Assembly (NCBI GenBank): GCA_964106915.2
Contig: OZ066916.1
DNA from: Podarcis gaigeae
Taxonomy: Eukaryota
Length of the DNA stretch: 64,000 nt
Reading direction: 5' to 3' (one strand)
Shown: in pieces, positions 13,242 through 28,200 of the stretch
How positions within the stretch are numbered: position 1 is the stretch's first letter
Layout of the letters: each line of letters starts with the position of its first letter
Notes under the pieces: generated by a model
Told to the model about the DNA's origin: nothing
Databases searched by the model: none
Seen by the model: the letters and a program-made list of their open reading frames with translations, nothing else
Made by a program: the position numbers and the translations under genes

Positions 13242-16200
13242 AAACTATCATCAATGGGCATATCTCAAAATCTCTTGTACCATAGGGAGGGATGTCAGGC
13301 AAGGTTGTTGCCTTTCAACACTGATTTTCAATTTTGGGTACAAAAATGTTAGCAACTGCAATAAGGGAAGAAAATACCATAGCAAGTATTTTCCCACAAA
13401 ATATAGTGGCGTAGGAGAGCTGAAAATAATGCCAATATATCTCACATCTGGCAACTAATGCACCCCTTTTCAGATAGTACATGGGTAAAAAGGTAAAGGT
13501 AAAGGTACCCCTGCCCGTACGGGCCAGTCTTGACAGACTCTGGGGTTGTGCGCCCATCTCACTTAAGAGGCCAGGGGCCAGCGCTGTCCGGAGACACTTC
13601 CGGGTCACGTGGCCAGCGTGACATCGCTGCTCTGGCGAGCCAGAGCCGCACACGGAAACGCCGTTTACCTTCCCGCTGGTAAGCGGTCCCTATTTATCTA
13701 CTTGCACCCGGAGGTGCTTTCGAACTGCTAGGTTGGCAGGCGCTGGGACCGAGCAGCGGGAGCGCACCCCGCCGCAGGGATTCGAACCGCCGACCTTTTG
13801 ATCGGCAAGTCCTAGGCGCTGAGGCTTTAACCCACAGCGCCACCTGCGTCCCCAGTACATGGGTAGATGAGCCTAAAAAGCCAGGACACAAACTTTCACA
13901 GTCCTCTAGCAGATATGATGACTCATTAACCAGATGTCATGTAATTAGCGTTAACTCTGGAAGTGTATCCTTGATTCTGACCAAACTAAGCCTCCTAGAG
14001 CAAAATATAACTCAGGAGGCTTTGTTTAGTCAGAATCAAGTACAGTTGTACCTTGGATCTCGAACAACTTGCGAGTTGAACATTTTGGGTCCCAAACACC
14101 GCAAGCCCAGAAATGATTGTTCTGGTTTGCTAATGTTATTTGGAAGCTGAATGTCTGCCACGACTTCCACAGCTTCCGATTGGCTGCTGGAGCTTCCTGC
14201 AGCCAATCGGAAGCCACACCTTGGTTTCCAAACCGTTTTGGAAGTCGAATAGACTTCCAGAACGGATTCCATTCGACTTCCAAGGTACAACTGTACACAT
14301 TCCTAGTTAACGTGAAATACATCACTTCTGGAAAAGGAGCTACCATAGCCACTAGAGGATCGTGAAAATTTGTGTCCCAGGTTTTTTAGACTCATCTACA
14401 GAGCCTAGAACTTGCCAATCAGAAGGTCAGCGGTTTGAATCCCCGCGAAGGGGTGAGCTCCCGTCGCTCGGTCCTTGCTCCTGCCAACCTAGCAGTTTGA
14501 AAGCACGTCACACTGCAAGTAGATAAATAGGTACCGCTGCGGCGGGAAGGTAAACGGCGTTTCTGTGTGCTGCTCTGGTTCACCAGAAGCGGCTTAGTCA
14601 TGCTGGCCACATGCTGACCATTAGGTCTGGGGTCCCTTTACCTTTACCCATGTGCTATCTGAAACCAAAGGGGGCACAGTGGTTGCCAGATGTGATTTGT
14701 TTTTCAGCTCTCCTACCCCAGTCATAATGCTGCAATCCTAAACCCCCACTTACTTGGGTGTCAGTCCCATGGAACTCAACAGGACTTTACTTCTGAGTAC
14801 ATATACTCTGATGATGATCACATCTTACACACATTTAACTTGAGCGATTTCAACCAAACGCCGCTGAAGGTGTGCCAGAGTGTGACTTACCTCAAGGGTT
14901 TTTTGTATGTCCTCATTCTCCGTTGAGAGACATATAAAAAACGAGGCCACAAAATGCACAACAGCCTCAGACAGCATGAAAAAGAATTTGACTGCAAAAT
15001 TGTGAATCGCAGCTCAAATCCCCATAGCTGCCGTACTCCTTTTCACACTTTACTGGGGAAGGTAGGTGTCTTCTCTGGGGGACTTTAAAGATTATTGCAA
15101 CACACGAGGGAAGGGGGCGGAACAGAACAATATCAATTCTGCAAGATGAAGAAATAATCTGCACTCCCTGGGAAAATAGATTAAGCTGTCAATCTGCTGT
15201 CAGCTGCCATCACCACAGAAATCTATGGGGAAAGGAAGTCTTGGTGAAAAGGAATTGAATGAGGGTAATATTTGTAAGCATAAGGTAAGAAGAGCCTGCT
15301 GGATAGGCCCAGCAGCCTGTTTTCACGGCAGAAAACCAGATACAGGGGGGAAACCCAGAAGGGTCTAAGCACACGAGGAATCTGCCCTCCACAGATTTCC
15401 AGCAACCCATGTTCAGAAGCATCACTGCCTCCAACCACAGAGGCAGAACATAGCCACTGACACTAGTTATTGGAAGCAGAGTTCCAAACATACGGAAACA
15501 AAGGAGAACGGCGAAAGGCAGATTACGTCCCACCACTGAGCAGTATAGTCTTAATGAGCTTGTCTTTCATATTCGCTATCTTAGCCAGACATGTTACAAA
15601 GAAAAGAAGAAGAGCAGAAAGCTCTGGTTATCCAAGTCAGGCAGCTCTGTTTGCACAATGGGGGGAATTCCAAAATCCACAACCAAGCTGGGCTGAAAAA
15701 TAAATCCGTGTCGAAACCAGACAGAAACACACTGGTGATATTCAAATCCGTAAATGTAGTTGCAAAAACTATGAAGACCAGACAGACACACAACCAAAGG
15801 GGGAGCGCATGACGATTCTGGGCTCAGGGGGGGAAAGCTGTCATTTGGAGGCTGGGGATTTCTGCCAGCAGCTCTTGTAGGTATTCAATAGTCATTTTTA
15901 TCCATTTTAGCAGCATAGATTATCTCGCTAGTAATAAATGTTTTTAGTGAGAAGGACTAACGTTTCTGCATCCTTTGGAGGCTCTTCTGTTATCTTTGCA
16001 ACAACAGCCCTTCTATTTGTTTGAGAAGGCCCATAACTTAGTGGTAGGGCATCTGCTTTGCATTTAGAAAGTCCAGCTTCAATCTCTGACATCTCCAGGT
16101 ACAGCCACACAGCAGACAGGCCAATAGCTTAACACAGTATAGAGCAGCTTCCTGTATCCTGTATTCCAGCTTCAATTATTGTACCCAGCAAGTCAGTTAA

Positions 16201-19200
16201 CTGTATCCTGCTACACAGGAACTATAATGTAAGGGTAGAGGAAAGGGGATTGATACTGTGGAGTGAACTGTACTGCCAAGCTTAGCTATGTTCCCCTCAC
16301 CTTGAAGGAAGCAGGAATCAAGGCCTTTGTTCTCCCCCAGACTATGTGAAAAGCTCAACCGCACAGCTCTCACAAGTCACTCTTCCAAACTTGGGTCTTC
16401 AGCTGTTCTTGGACTACACTTCCCATCATCCCTGACCACTAGTCCTGCTAGCTAGGGATGATAAGAATTGTAGTCCAACAACAGCTGGCAACCCAAGTCC
16501 TTTACCAATAATCTAGGAACTTTCACCATTTTGAAACAAAGCTAAGTTTTACTGCCTGTGCAGCGATTCTGAAGCACATGAATCTGACCTTCAGAGAGAT
16601 TGTAAGTAAACCATATTTATACTTACCAAACATGTGGTCTTTTTCCTAGGGAAAACTTTGGGACTCACTTTAAAGGGCACATTTTAAAGGGCTAACAGCC
16701 TATATTTCCACATCTACGTTCCTTAAATCTCTGCTAAGGTTGTCTCACCAAAGAGTACTTGCCCCCAACTTGGCACCAACCAAATAAGGCTAACATCTGC
16801 CAATGATAGGGTGCAAAACAATGGATTTGAACATTAAGAGAAGAGATCCATACAGAAATGGAACAACTTGTCTTGTGCAGCACCAACCTCCTTGAAGGTT
16901 TTGAAATAAGCCAAACAGATCTTTCTGAAATACCTTAGTTTTTAGACTCTGCCATTTCAGAGCAGCAATCTGACGTAAATGACTAAAAAGTTCCAGCCTA
17001 TGCCTGTTTACTCAGAAGGAACAATGTATTCAGTTATGCCTGCTCTCAGGTAAGTGTGGAATGGGATTGTGGCCTGGGCTGCATTTCTCCTTGATTTTAA
17101 AATAGCTGTAGGAATTGGAAGGCAAATCGAAAGGACCCTGAAGCTTTATCAGCACACCTGATGGGACAAACAAATACCTTCCGCTGGTCTGCCCACACAG
17201 ACCCACCAATTTCTGGAGGATCAGTTTTCTAGGCATTTCTAGGTCCCCTGGCATGCCTAGAACAAACTGCAACTATGCTAATCTTTCCACCACCCCCACA
17301 AAAAATGAAACAGAATTTCACCACTTTCTGAAAATGCCAGCAAACTCTTATCTTCCACCAGCAAACCATTTGCAACTTATAAGATGTGGGGTGGGGGAAT
17401 TTATGGCCTTTTCTAAAATGCAACTGNNNNNNNNNNNNNNNNNNNNNNNNNNNNNNNNNNNNNNNNNNNNNNNNNNNNNNNNNNNNNNNNNNNNNNNNNN
17501 NNNNNNNNNNNNNNNNNNNNNNNNNNNNNNNNNNNNNNNNNNNNNNNNNNNNNNNNNCGGTGTGCAGGATGATAAATTACAGCAGTTATTCCATGGACAT
17601 AATGGCTGCTGAAGCTGAAACTGTGGCTTTCTTGGAAGCTCTGATTCGTTCCAACACTGGACAAAAGTAAAGGCATTTATTTACTTATTTGTTGCATTTA
17701 TATATTGCCCGTCCACGGTTAAGTCCTCCGGGCAGTTTGCAAAATAGTTAAAAATGAAACAAATATAACTATTCAAAAAAAGTTAAAATAACAATATGCG
17801 GTGGAAATCATCATTTAAGAAGGCCTTCTTATAGACAGCATGGAGGCAGCAACAAGAAATCATTTCAAGACCAGCATTAAACCAGGAAGGATAAAAAGAA
17901 ATTGGTGCAAGAATTTTAAGAGCAAAAGTGACTGTACGTACTTGTTGGAAAATAAATGGCCTGGGGCGGGGGATAGATGTTTACCTATTTTTTGGCAGGT
18001 GCAAATCAACAATGTGAGAATGAGGCACTGCATAATTGAGGAGCCAGTGCCAAAAGGTCCCTGTCCCTGGTAATCACTTGCCTCCCTTCATTAGGTGAAT
18101 GAACCTAAATAAGGACCTCTGAGGGGGATCTCAAGGATCAAGCAGAGAGAGGACAATCCCTTTGGTCAATCTGGTCTCATTCCCAAGACATTTAGGGCTT
18201 TAAATGTTGAAACCAGCAGTTTGAGTTGGGCCCATAAACAGACTGCAAGCCAGTGCAGATAACAAAGCGCAGGCATGATGTGATCACAATTGCAACGCCC
18301 CTGCTAAATGCCCTATTCTGGACCGGGGGGGACGGGGACGCGAGTGGCATTCTGGTCTAAACCACTGAGCCTCTTGGATTTGCTGATGAGAAGGTTGGCG
18401 GTTCGAGTCCCTGCAGCGGAATGAGCTCCCATTGCTCTGTCACAGCTCCTGCCAATCTAGCAGTTCGAAAGCACACCAGTGCAAGTAGATAAATAGGTAC
18501 TGCTGTGGCGGGAAGGTAAACAGTGTTTCCGTGCGCTCTGGCTTCCATCACGGCATCCCATTGCACCAGAAGCAGTTTAGTCATGCTGGCCACATGACCT
18601 GGAAAGCTGTCTGTGGACAAACACCGGCTCCCTCGGCCTGAAAGCGAAATGAGCGCTGCAACTGCACAGTCACCTTTAACTGGACTTAACCGCCCAGGGG
18701 TCCTTTACCTATTCTGGACCAGCTGAAATTCCCAGACCATTCCCAAAGGCAGCCTCGCACATAATTATTTTTTTTATATTCCACTTATGAATCACTTCCC
18801 AAAATGTATCCCAAAGTGATTTCAAAGCAGAAAATATAATGCACTGCAATAAGGTTTGTTTCACTAAAGTAAGTTAATCCCAGTTAATACTGTTGGCTGG
18901 TGCAGAGGCATCAACCGAGCACTTACCTGACAAGGTAGCTCTTCAGTTCGCCACGGTAATTGATGACCAGCAGCTCGGCTGACCATTGGGCGCTCGCTTT
19001 GTATTCCAGAAAAATCAATCCAGCAATAGCATAGGTCAAGTCTCCTGGGAAGCTAGCGCCCTGCACCAAAAGAAAACATTTCTTAAAAACAAATTTCAAA
19101 AGAATTTTATTTGGCAAAGGAGTTAAAAAACAATTCCAGGAATGAGAAATTTGTTTCTACACTGAACCAAAAAAATAAAAACGAACGCCATTGTTGTTTG

Positions 19201-22200
19201 GTGGAAACACTGGGAATGAATAGGGTTCAAATTCCCTCCTGGGTGACCTGGCACCAGTTGCTATCTGTCACCTTAACTACCTCACAAGGTTGTTGTGAAG
19301 ATAAAATAGTGAGGGGAGAAACCAGGTAGTCCACTGGCAGCTGCTTGGAGGCAAATTGGGTTATAAATATAGAAAACACGGTAGCTAGAATATTATATGC
19401 ACAGAAATGGAAAGAGGAGCAGGTCCCAATGAAGGAAGAGTGGCTTTTGAAATGGCACAGAAATAGTAGAGCCGACAGAGAAATTAAGAGATCTGAATTA
19501 CGAACTTTTCATAGAAGAATGGAGGCCTTTTGTGGAATATTTTTAAAAATACTACAATCGAATGAAATTGCAGGATCTGAGATAAAAGCAGCAGAATAAA
19601 AATGATAAAGTAACTGTAACAGAGAAACTTTTTTCTATTATATAAAGCTATAACGCAGTGGAAAAGGTTTGAGTAAAAATACTGCAGAAATGAGGGTGGG
19701 AAGTCAATTCATAAAACAATGTAACTATTTGATATGATGAATGCTTGAATGCTTGAAAAAATTCATAGAAAAATGTGTTACACAAAAAGTTTATAGAAAA
19801 TAAAATAAATGTTTGCGCTAGAACCAAGCTTAGGACTAGTGCGATGGGATTTTTGTCTCCTCTTCTCCCCCTATCTGTGCCCTGTGCTGCCCACAAATCT
19901 GCTCTGAAAGGTTATGGGAGAATGCCAAAAAGGTTTAGGGGGTGCATATGCAGGCATGTTCTGTTGTGCAAGGAGAAAGGTCCAAGATCATGAGAGCTGG
20001 AGTCCAATAACATCTGAAAGACCACACATTTCCTAACCCATTTTAGAACATATCCCTTCTTAAAGCTTTCAAGAGGTTACAATGCTGTAATCACCTGCCT
20101 ATTAGAAAGCCTAAATAGTAGGTTTAGGATTAAATAAAAGAAAAGGGTGAAAGCTGCCACAACAAGCAATATTTTCGACAATACACGAAGCAGCAGACTA
20201 GTTCAGATGTTAAACCGCATCCCCTTGGAACAGCTATTTTCAGAGGGCCACAACAAAAGCAATTCCACCCTAAAGCACTGACAGCTTTGCTGCCACAAAT
20301 AAAAATTAATGTACTTCTGTTTGGCCATGTGAAAGGCTGAATGGAAATTCACCAATAAACATGCAAAGCGACCATTCAACAAAATGAGCCATAAAGCGCT
20401 CACAATGCAAGCTCTCTCTGCATAAGTACGTCACATTAAAACCGTAATAGCTAAAAAGCTTCCATTTGCATGCAAATTGGACTTGTAAAATCCGGAAAAG
20501 AAAAGTAAATACCGGTGAAATGACCAAGAGTTCACTGCCGACCAAATCAAACACTCGCACGGTCCCTGTGCTTTCGCCATAGGCGAGCAAAGTGCAGTCG
20601 TGACTCCATGCTACACGTCTCCATTGCGGGTTGGGATCCTTCGGGACTATGGGGGCAGAAAGAGACATGTTAATAAAAGCAGAACAAAAGGTGTATATGG
20701 TCAGTGGTGCTACTTTTACTTGCAGTAGGCTGTGAAGGGGGCAGTCTCAGCTGCAATATCAACTGATCCACACAAATAGGGCTGCCAACAATTTTAGGGT
20801 CTTCCGAAAGAAAGCTCAGTAACTTTTGGGGTGTCCTGGCTTTTACTTTTTGAAATATGGCAACCCTACACACAAACAGCACAAAAAAGCTACCACACGG
20901 CAGCCATATCATCACTATCACAAACCCTAATAAAATATCCATTCACCAAAAAAGGTATAGGCAGGCTTTGGGTAACCCTGAGGTTTGCAGAAGTAAATAA
21001 ATAAGATTAAATCTAATGCAATTGTGTATATGAAAAACAGCCCAATGACAGCAGGCATGTTATGTGGTCACAATATGCTGGAATAAAAACTGAGGATTGG
21101 GGCAACTGTAGCTGGGGCTCGAGGGTAAGAGAATGAAATTTTGTTAAAGGTCTCACTTGTTAATTGCTACTTTTCGTAGTTTACTTGTGTATGAAAAGCT
21201 ACATACCTTGACATTTCCCAATGACAGATCCAAACTCATCCTTCGCAGACCTGCAGGATTTGAATTTCATATATAAAACTTGATGCAATGTACATTTGTC
21301 AGGATTTACGGCTGTGTCGCTAATTCTCTTGTCTAAAGCAGAAATGGGGCTCCTGCGACCCTCAAAATGTCGTTGGACTCAAACTCCCATGAGCCCTGAG
21401 AGTCAAGGATAATGGGAGATGTAGTCCAACATGTTCCCCATCCCTGGCTTTAAGAAAATGAACATGCACAAACAGATTCTGGTGCATTAATAGCAAACTG
21501 AATTGTGCCAAGTATATATGGATTCTGACCAAACTGCGGGAGGAAGTGGAAGACAGGAGTGCCTGGCATGCTCTGGTCCATGGGGTCACGAAGAGTCGGA
21601 CACGACTAAACGACTAAACAACAACAACAACATATATGGATACTCCAGTTGCCATCGGTTCGAGGAAGTGTGCTCAACAGTCAGGGACAATAAGAGTGCT
21701 AGTCCAACAAAATTTAAAGGGCACCACATTGGCCACCTCTGCTGTAAACACAACACAAACTTCACAATGAATCTGACATAAATAAGCTGTTTCTATAATA
21801 ATAAGGTAACTTCCTTGCGATTTTAGCACCTTATTTCACGTGCAGGGGATATCTAATTCAATAACATGTATCAGATCTTAAAGCTCTTTAGATTAAATAT
21901 CAAAACAAAAGGACAGAAGTTTCAGACCAGTTTTTTCCCCATTCTCTGACTTGGAATTTAACTAAATACTGGCTGTCTTCCAATGATCAGATGTAGCCAT
22001 TTCGTTGCTTCCTTGACACAAGCAGCAAAAGGAACCAGGAACCAACAGCGAGCTCTCTATTACTTCCATACTGGAAAACTATGCTTAAGGCTTCCAAACA
22101 AACCAGGATATGAAGGCACAAATTAAAGTTGGCTTCCAAGTCCTGGCATGTTTGGAAGCCATTATCCATAGTTCCCAGTTTGGACATAACTTGAAGCTAT

Positions 22201-25200
22201 GATTCCATGTGATTTTAGTACTAAACACCCAGGGAAGAACAAGGATGCACAAAGTTTGTGTGTGTCACAAGATTTGTTGACGTGAAACCCCCAGACTAGC
22301 AATATGGCTACTGTGTTATATGACCTCGCACACTCCAACTGGCAAGACAAAATTACTAAAATAGGTATGCACATTCTGTTATACTTATACAGTGATCCTA
22401 TTCATTTCCTGGGAGCAAGCCAGACTGAACTCAATGGGGTCACTTCTGAATAGACATCCATATGATTCTACTGTTATTCATCTTACCTTATTTCTATGCA
22501 CTGGTCTTGAACAGCTGCTAACAATTTTCCATTGCTAAAAGAGAAAAGCTTTGAATGAAAAAAAATCCCACATAATAATTACTGCTTTCAAAAGATGTCA
22601 GGAATAATTTTATATCCTCCAAGTCTTAAACCTAAAGGGTAAGCTACTGTTCCTTTGGAACCTGAATGGGATCATATTAAGTATAAGAACTCCCTATTCC
22701 AAATGCCATCGCTCTCCAATAACCAGCATACGTCAAAGATCAGACAGTGGTCTGGTTTGAATGTCATGTTAAGCCAAACCATGGCTTAGCACAAATGCAC
22801 AAGCTCTGAGAAGGGAGTTCATGGCTGCTTCACGCCTCCCAACTGTTTTGCTGCTGCGCTGAGCTAAACCATAGATTAATGTGGCTCCCTCAGAAGACCG
22901 CGAGGGCTCCCCACAAAATAACTCCACCATTTGCTACACCACTTTCAGTCACAGTGCATTAAGGTCCTATATAGCATAAATTAAATCCTTATTCCCTTTT
23001 TCCAACCAATTAACTCCTTGCAATTATCTTTTTCTGAAGTCATCCCTGTGCAGCAGACAGGGGAACGGGGCATGAGAAATGCTCTGAAGCAGAACACTCT
23101 CTGTGTCCCAGCATTTGTCTTCAAAATTACAACAAACCAAGTGGCTTTTGGAAATAGATTATCACACAAAATGAAAGGAAACTCGAGGCAAAACGGCCTC
23201 CTGGATATGTTTTGAGTTCTTTTCATTAAATGGTTTTTGACAAGTTTTCCGGAATATTCTTCCCTGTAGGCCTGCCCAATACCAACTGTCATTACTCCGT
23301 TTGAATCCCAAGCCTATGGGAAATAAAAGCCTCCAGCATACACTCACACAGAGATTTAGTGATGGAAACCTTTAAACCAATTCATACTCCCATTTCAGTT
23401 GCCTCAGAGGACAAACCCCCACCAAAAGTCATTTCGTTGTAACTTGACTTGAATGACAGAACTTGCCTTCCGCTTCAGAGCAGTAAATTCCAATGAAATA
23501 TTGTTTAGGAGGAAACTTGTTATTTCCCTGCCAAGATGCACACAGCTACTTTGAAACTATGAAATACATATCCAGAATAAAGAACTGTGGGTGTTTATTA
23601 AAATAATGTATGCTGTGACATCTATGCAGACAAGCCTTCACAGAGTAATGTTAAGGAAATAAGGGCCTTGAGGAAAATGTACTTCTATACAGGATACACA
23701 ATAGTAATACATATATTATATGAGCAATAGTTTATAAATAAAACACAGAACAAAGGACTTCTGAACAAATTAGGCCATATCCACACCATACATTAAAAGC
23801 CCTTTTATGCCACTTTAACGGTCATGACTTTCCACTAAGAATAATGGAAAGTGTCTGTTAAGGCTGCTGGGAACTGTAGTTCTGTGAGGGGTTTCCTGAC
23901 AACTCCCAGCACCCTTCGCAAACTAGTAGAGATGTGAAGCAGAGTCAACACAGCAAGTCTTCTTCTTCTTTGGCGATCATTCGTGGCTGAGTAAGATTGT
24001 CTTCCATGAACACGGTCTTAATGGTGAGTCCGTAAGTGACATTGGAGACCCATTCTGGATCCACATGTCCTTCCACAGTGGAGGCATAGATTTCCAGTTG
24101 ATCACAGTGCAGGTTTGCCAAACGTGCCTTCCTCTTAGGACGTTTCTCACTTTCAAGCGGAGTTCAAGCATTTACAAAGTCCATGATGCCTTTGGTAAAG
24201 GCTGTTCTCCAGTTGGAGCACTCGCAGGCCAGTGTTTCCCAGTTGTTGTTGTTGTTTATACTACATTTTTTTAGATTAGCCTTCAGAGAGTCTTTAAACC
24301 TCTTTTGTTGACCACCAGCATTACTCTTTCCATTTTTAAGTTTGGAATAGAGTAGTTGCTTTGGAAGATGAAAATCAAGCATCCGAACAACATGACCAGT
24401 CCAATGAAGTTGATGTTGAAGAATCATTGCTTTGACACTGGTAACTTTTGCTTCTTCCAATACACTGGCATTAGTTTGCCTGTCAGCAAGTCAATTACTC
24501 TAGGCACAACCCTATGCTGCCTCTCACTAGCTTATACTGCTTTGGGTCCAATGTAAAATTATTCTAACATATTTAACAAGCTCAACTACACTAGCATAAG
24601 TCACAGTGAGAATAAGTGATTTTTCCCAGTATTAAGATATCTTAAGAATATTGAATGGTTTATATAATAGATGTGTTGCATTATATGATATGCTTACAAA
24701 TGTCTGTGCAGACATTTAGTTTGCATGACAACTGTAATGTCTATTCATTAAACACAATATTTATATTTTAAAAAGCCACTGTAAAATGGAAATTGCCTTC
24801 TGATAATATCACCTGAGTATAATCTCCCATCAGCAATTTCGAGTGACACCACACACACTTGCAAAGGAAAAGCAAAGTCACTTACCTTGCGAGGACTAAG
24901 TGCCAATTGATCTGTTTACTGACCAGGCGGACAAGTCCAACAGGGAGAGAAAATTTTGCAGGGCTGGAAATAGATACATGCTAATGTTGGAGTGTGCAAA
25001 GCTCAAACATACAAAAACACTGTCAGCATCGTATAACTTCCCAGATCAGATCTATATTCCCAAAGAGTTATTATATAAAACACCCTAAAAACTGGCAGCA
25101 ATCCCGTATCCCTGGGATACATGCACAATATACATCCATGCCCTTCCTATTCAGCAAAAGTTATTTGCAAATATTAATGCTTCGGGAAAAGATGTTCACT

Positions 25201-28200
25201 ACAGCAACCAACTACTTTATGCTCACCAAGTGGGCAGCACAATACTTTGCAGATGTCCTGCAGTAAGCTCACAACTTACATGCATCTAACTTGTGCACAT
25301 TCAGCTTTATGAACTTGACAAAAAAAAATGTTTTAAGGGGGTGGAAAAGGAAAAAAAGATGTCCAGAGGAAAAGACTTTGGAAATCCCACCCAGCATTGC
25401 ACCTGATGTGTTTTGACTATACACAATTTTAGCTTCAGGCGCTATCCCCAAAAAGTAAGCCACGCGTAAATTGTAGTCTTACCCTGTGCATCCTTTCAAA
25501 CTAATTTAACACAGGGTTTAGGTTAGCTTCTGTTAAAAAAGGACAAAGAAACTTACCTGTACCACAAATATCGGAGCAAAAATAAGGCAGGGCCTATAAA
25601 AGAAGAAAAAGTTTGAATTCAGAAGGCCCTGTTCAAATCTTTGAAAGAGAGAGAGACTGGCAAAAAAGGCTACTTTTCTATAGCTTTTTGTACATTTCTT
25701 ATACATTCTTCAAGGTCAACTCAGACATATTGAATGGGACTCCTTATCTCACCATCCTTTGTCTACTCCAGCCCAAGGAGGCGTTGCTTACCTTCTTCCT
25801 CTTACTCCCGAATCCCATCTCTTACTCTGCCAATCTTACCTTTCAACACTCATTTCCATTACGCATTCTGACGCTCAAGCAAATACAAAAGTGTTTTATC
25901 ACCTTAAACAATAATATTCCTTGTTTTGATTCATTGCAGCACACATTGCTGATGTGTAACAGTTTATCCTTGGGCAGTTTAACACTGGACAGCTACAGTC
26001 TTAAGGCCTGGCTCCAACAAAGCAAACCCTGTGCAGATCTACGCTGAAGTAAGCCCCACTGAACACACGGGAGCTTGGTGCCAGGTGTATCGATGACTGT
26101 ATAAGGAGCAACCTTAAAAGCCTCTTTCTCACTACTCCATTTGCAACACTGACAAGAGCTGGGTTCTCATGCTGGCAAATGCTAGAACTCCAGACATTCT
26201 ATCATAGATCCAGAGAAGTGAAAACAACAGGTGCCTCTTACTGCAATAGATACCAATAAGTAACTGAATCAATGCCCACTTATATTAATTGCAGCTGGAG
26301 TTGGGTACAGTAGGCAGGAGGAGAAGCTTTGACAAGAAAGATGACTTTACCTCTTCAGTACCAGAGGAGTCTATAATGTCACATAGCTCTGCTGCTGCAA
26401 AACACTACTTTTAGCTGCCTTGCGGACCCAGTGGGCTATAAATGCAAAATACAAGCATCAAAGACAATTACATGATGAATCCAGCTATCAGTGATTAAAC
26501 AGAATCAACTATCAGTTCAGTTTTTGATAATGTACACTGGCCATGTTTGGATGTCACATCAAACCATAGTTTAGCACGTGAACACAACGTTCAGCAAGCC
26601 TCAGGGTAGTTGGAAGGTTTTCTTCCTGATTTCCATTAAACGGGCCATCCGAATGCTGAACTGCACGTAACTGTAATGGCAGTTTCTTTAAACAAGGCAG
26701 CAGCATCACCCATTACTTGAAGTCAACTATGGTTTGTCTAAAACAAGGTAAGATTAACCATGGTTTGCAAGGCTTCACCAACATGACAGGCTGGGGCTGA
26801 TCTAAACCAGAAGGAAAAGCTGACCTCTCCCTTGTAGCTGTGCTAGAGGAGTACATGGTTAACTGGAATATCTAAACAGGGATGAAGTGTTTGCAGAAAA
26901 CCTTTTCTAAGAAATCTCAAAAGATCTGACTTTTGCCTATACAGCCGTACCTTGTGAGTCGAATGGAATCAGTTCCAGAAGTCCATTCGGCTTCCAAAAT
27001 GTTTGGAATCTAAAGTGTGGCTTCTGATTGGCTACAGGAAGCCGCAGAAGCCCCAATGTTTTGGGTTCCAAAGAACGTTTGCAAACCGGAACACTCACTT
27101 CCGGGTTTGCGATGTTCGGGAGCCAAAACGTTGGAGTACCAAAGTGTTCGGAATCCAAGGTACAACTGTATGTGTATAAATGAATGCCAATGAGACACAA
27201 TCGTTGCAGAAAAGGCAAGCAGCGGGCAGTTGGGAGAGGGAAGAAAGAGAGAAAAGAAACGAAGGGCATTAAGAGGAAGAATACTTTCCCCGATAATTGT
27301 TATGCAATACATGTTGCCCAAAACAATAGGAATACGGCAATATCAGATAACAAACTTTATAAACAAATCCAATGAATTCACACCCCATTCATTTCCTCCA
27401 CATAAGATTCACTAAACAATCCATCAGGGCAAGCCAGCATATTTACCTGTAATTGCTCTAGTGATGATAAATGAAGCGCCATGCTTCCGGTTGCCTCTTG
27501 GCTGAAATTACAAGAAAAGAATTAGTCTACAACAACTGAACCCTTTATTCACCAACCTACTAAGAAAATGAAGTTTATGAATCACCTGCTGGGCTGCGCA
27601 ACTATTTAAAATTCTTTTTCGGCTCCAAGGGCACTTTGCTGGGAAGCCATTCAACATGCTTGTCACTCCCAAATCACCTGAGATTGCTACCTTTGCGGAT
27701 GGCCACCAGTCCAAAACAAGTGGAAGGATAGACGCAATTAGGTAATAATATAAATGTGCAGGTAACATAATGCACCCCTGCTTTAGCAGTTAGAACCTCT
27801 TCCTTGGGATACTGCCCCCAACCCAATTTGGAGCTACAGTCACTGGAATCTCAATACTCTCTTTAATGGCACAGGCCAGAGACGAAGTCCTCAGTATGAA
27901 GATAAATATAAATTTAAAAAGAATTATTTGGGCTGGCCCCCAAATAGAAAGCAACCGCGGTGCTGGTGTACTAGATTACACTGACAAAACAGCTGCTGGA
28001 GTTTATTACAGTGACTAATATACAAATATACTTATATGACAATCCCGGCCCGACTGCACCAGCTGCCAGTTAGTTTCCAGGCCTAATTCAAAATGCTGGT
28101 TTTGACCTATCAGGACCGCAATACCTCAAGGTCCACCTCTCTCCATATGAACTGACCTGGACCCTGTGATCATCATCTGAGGCCCTTCTTTGTGTGTCTC

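Larger units (their letters stand above)
13411..14716. repeat. Interrupted ~430-bp palindrome (fold-back) centred at 14001-14010, carrying three later TE insertions
   Basis: After removing inserts, left arm (13411-13487 + 13866-14000) is reverse-complementary to right arm (14011-14042 + 14296-14398 + 14645-14716). Confidence 0.85.

Noticed and set aside
16028-16150. Degenerate tRNA-like SINE head (similar at ~51926-52060)
   Set aside because: Too diverged to delimit or name reliably
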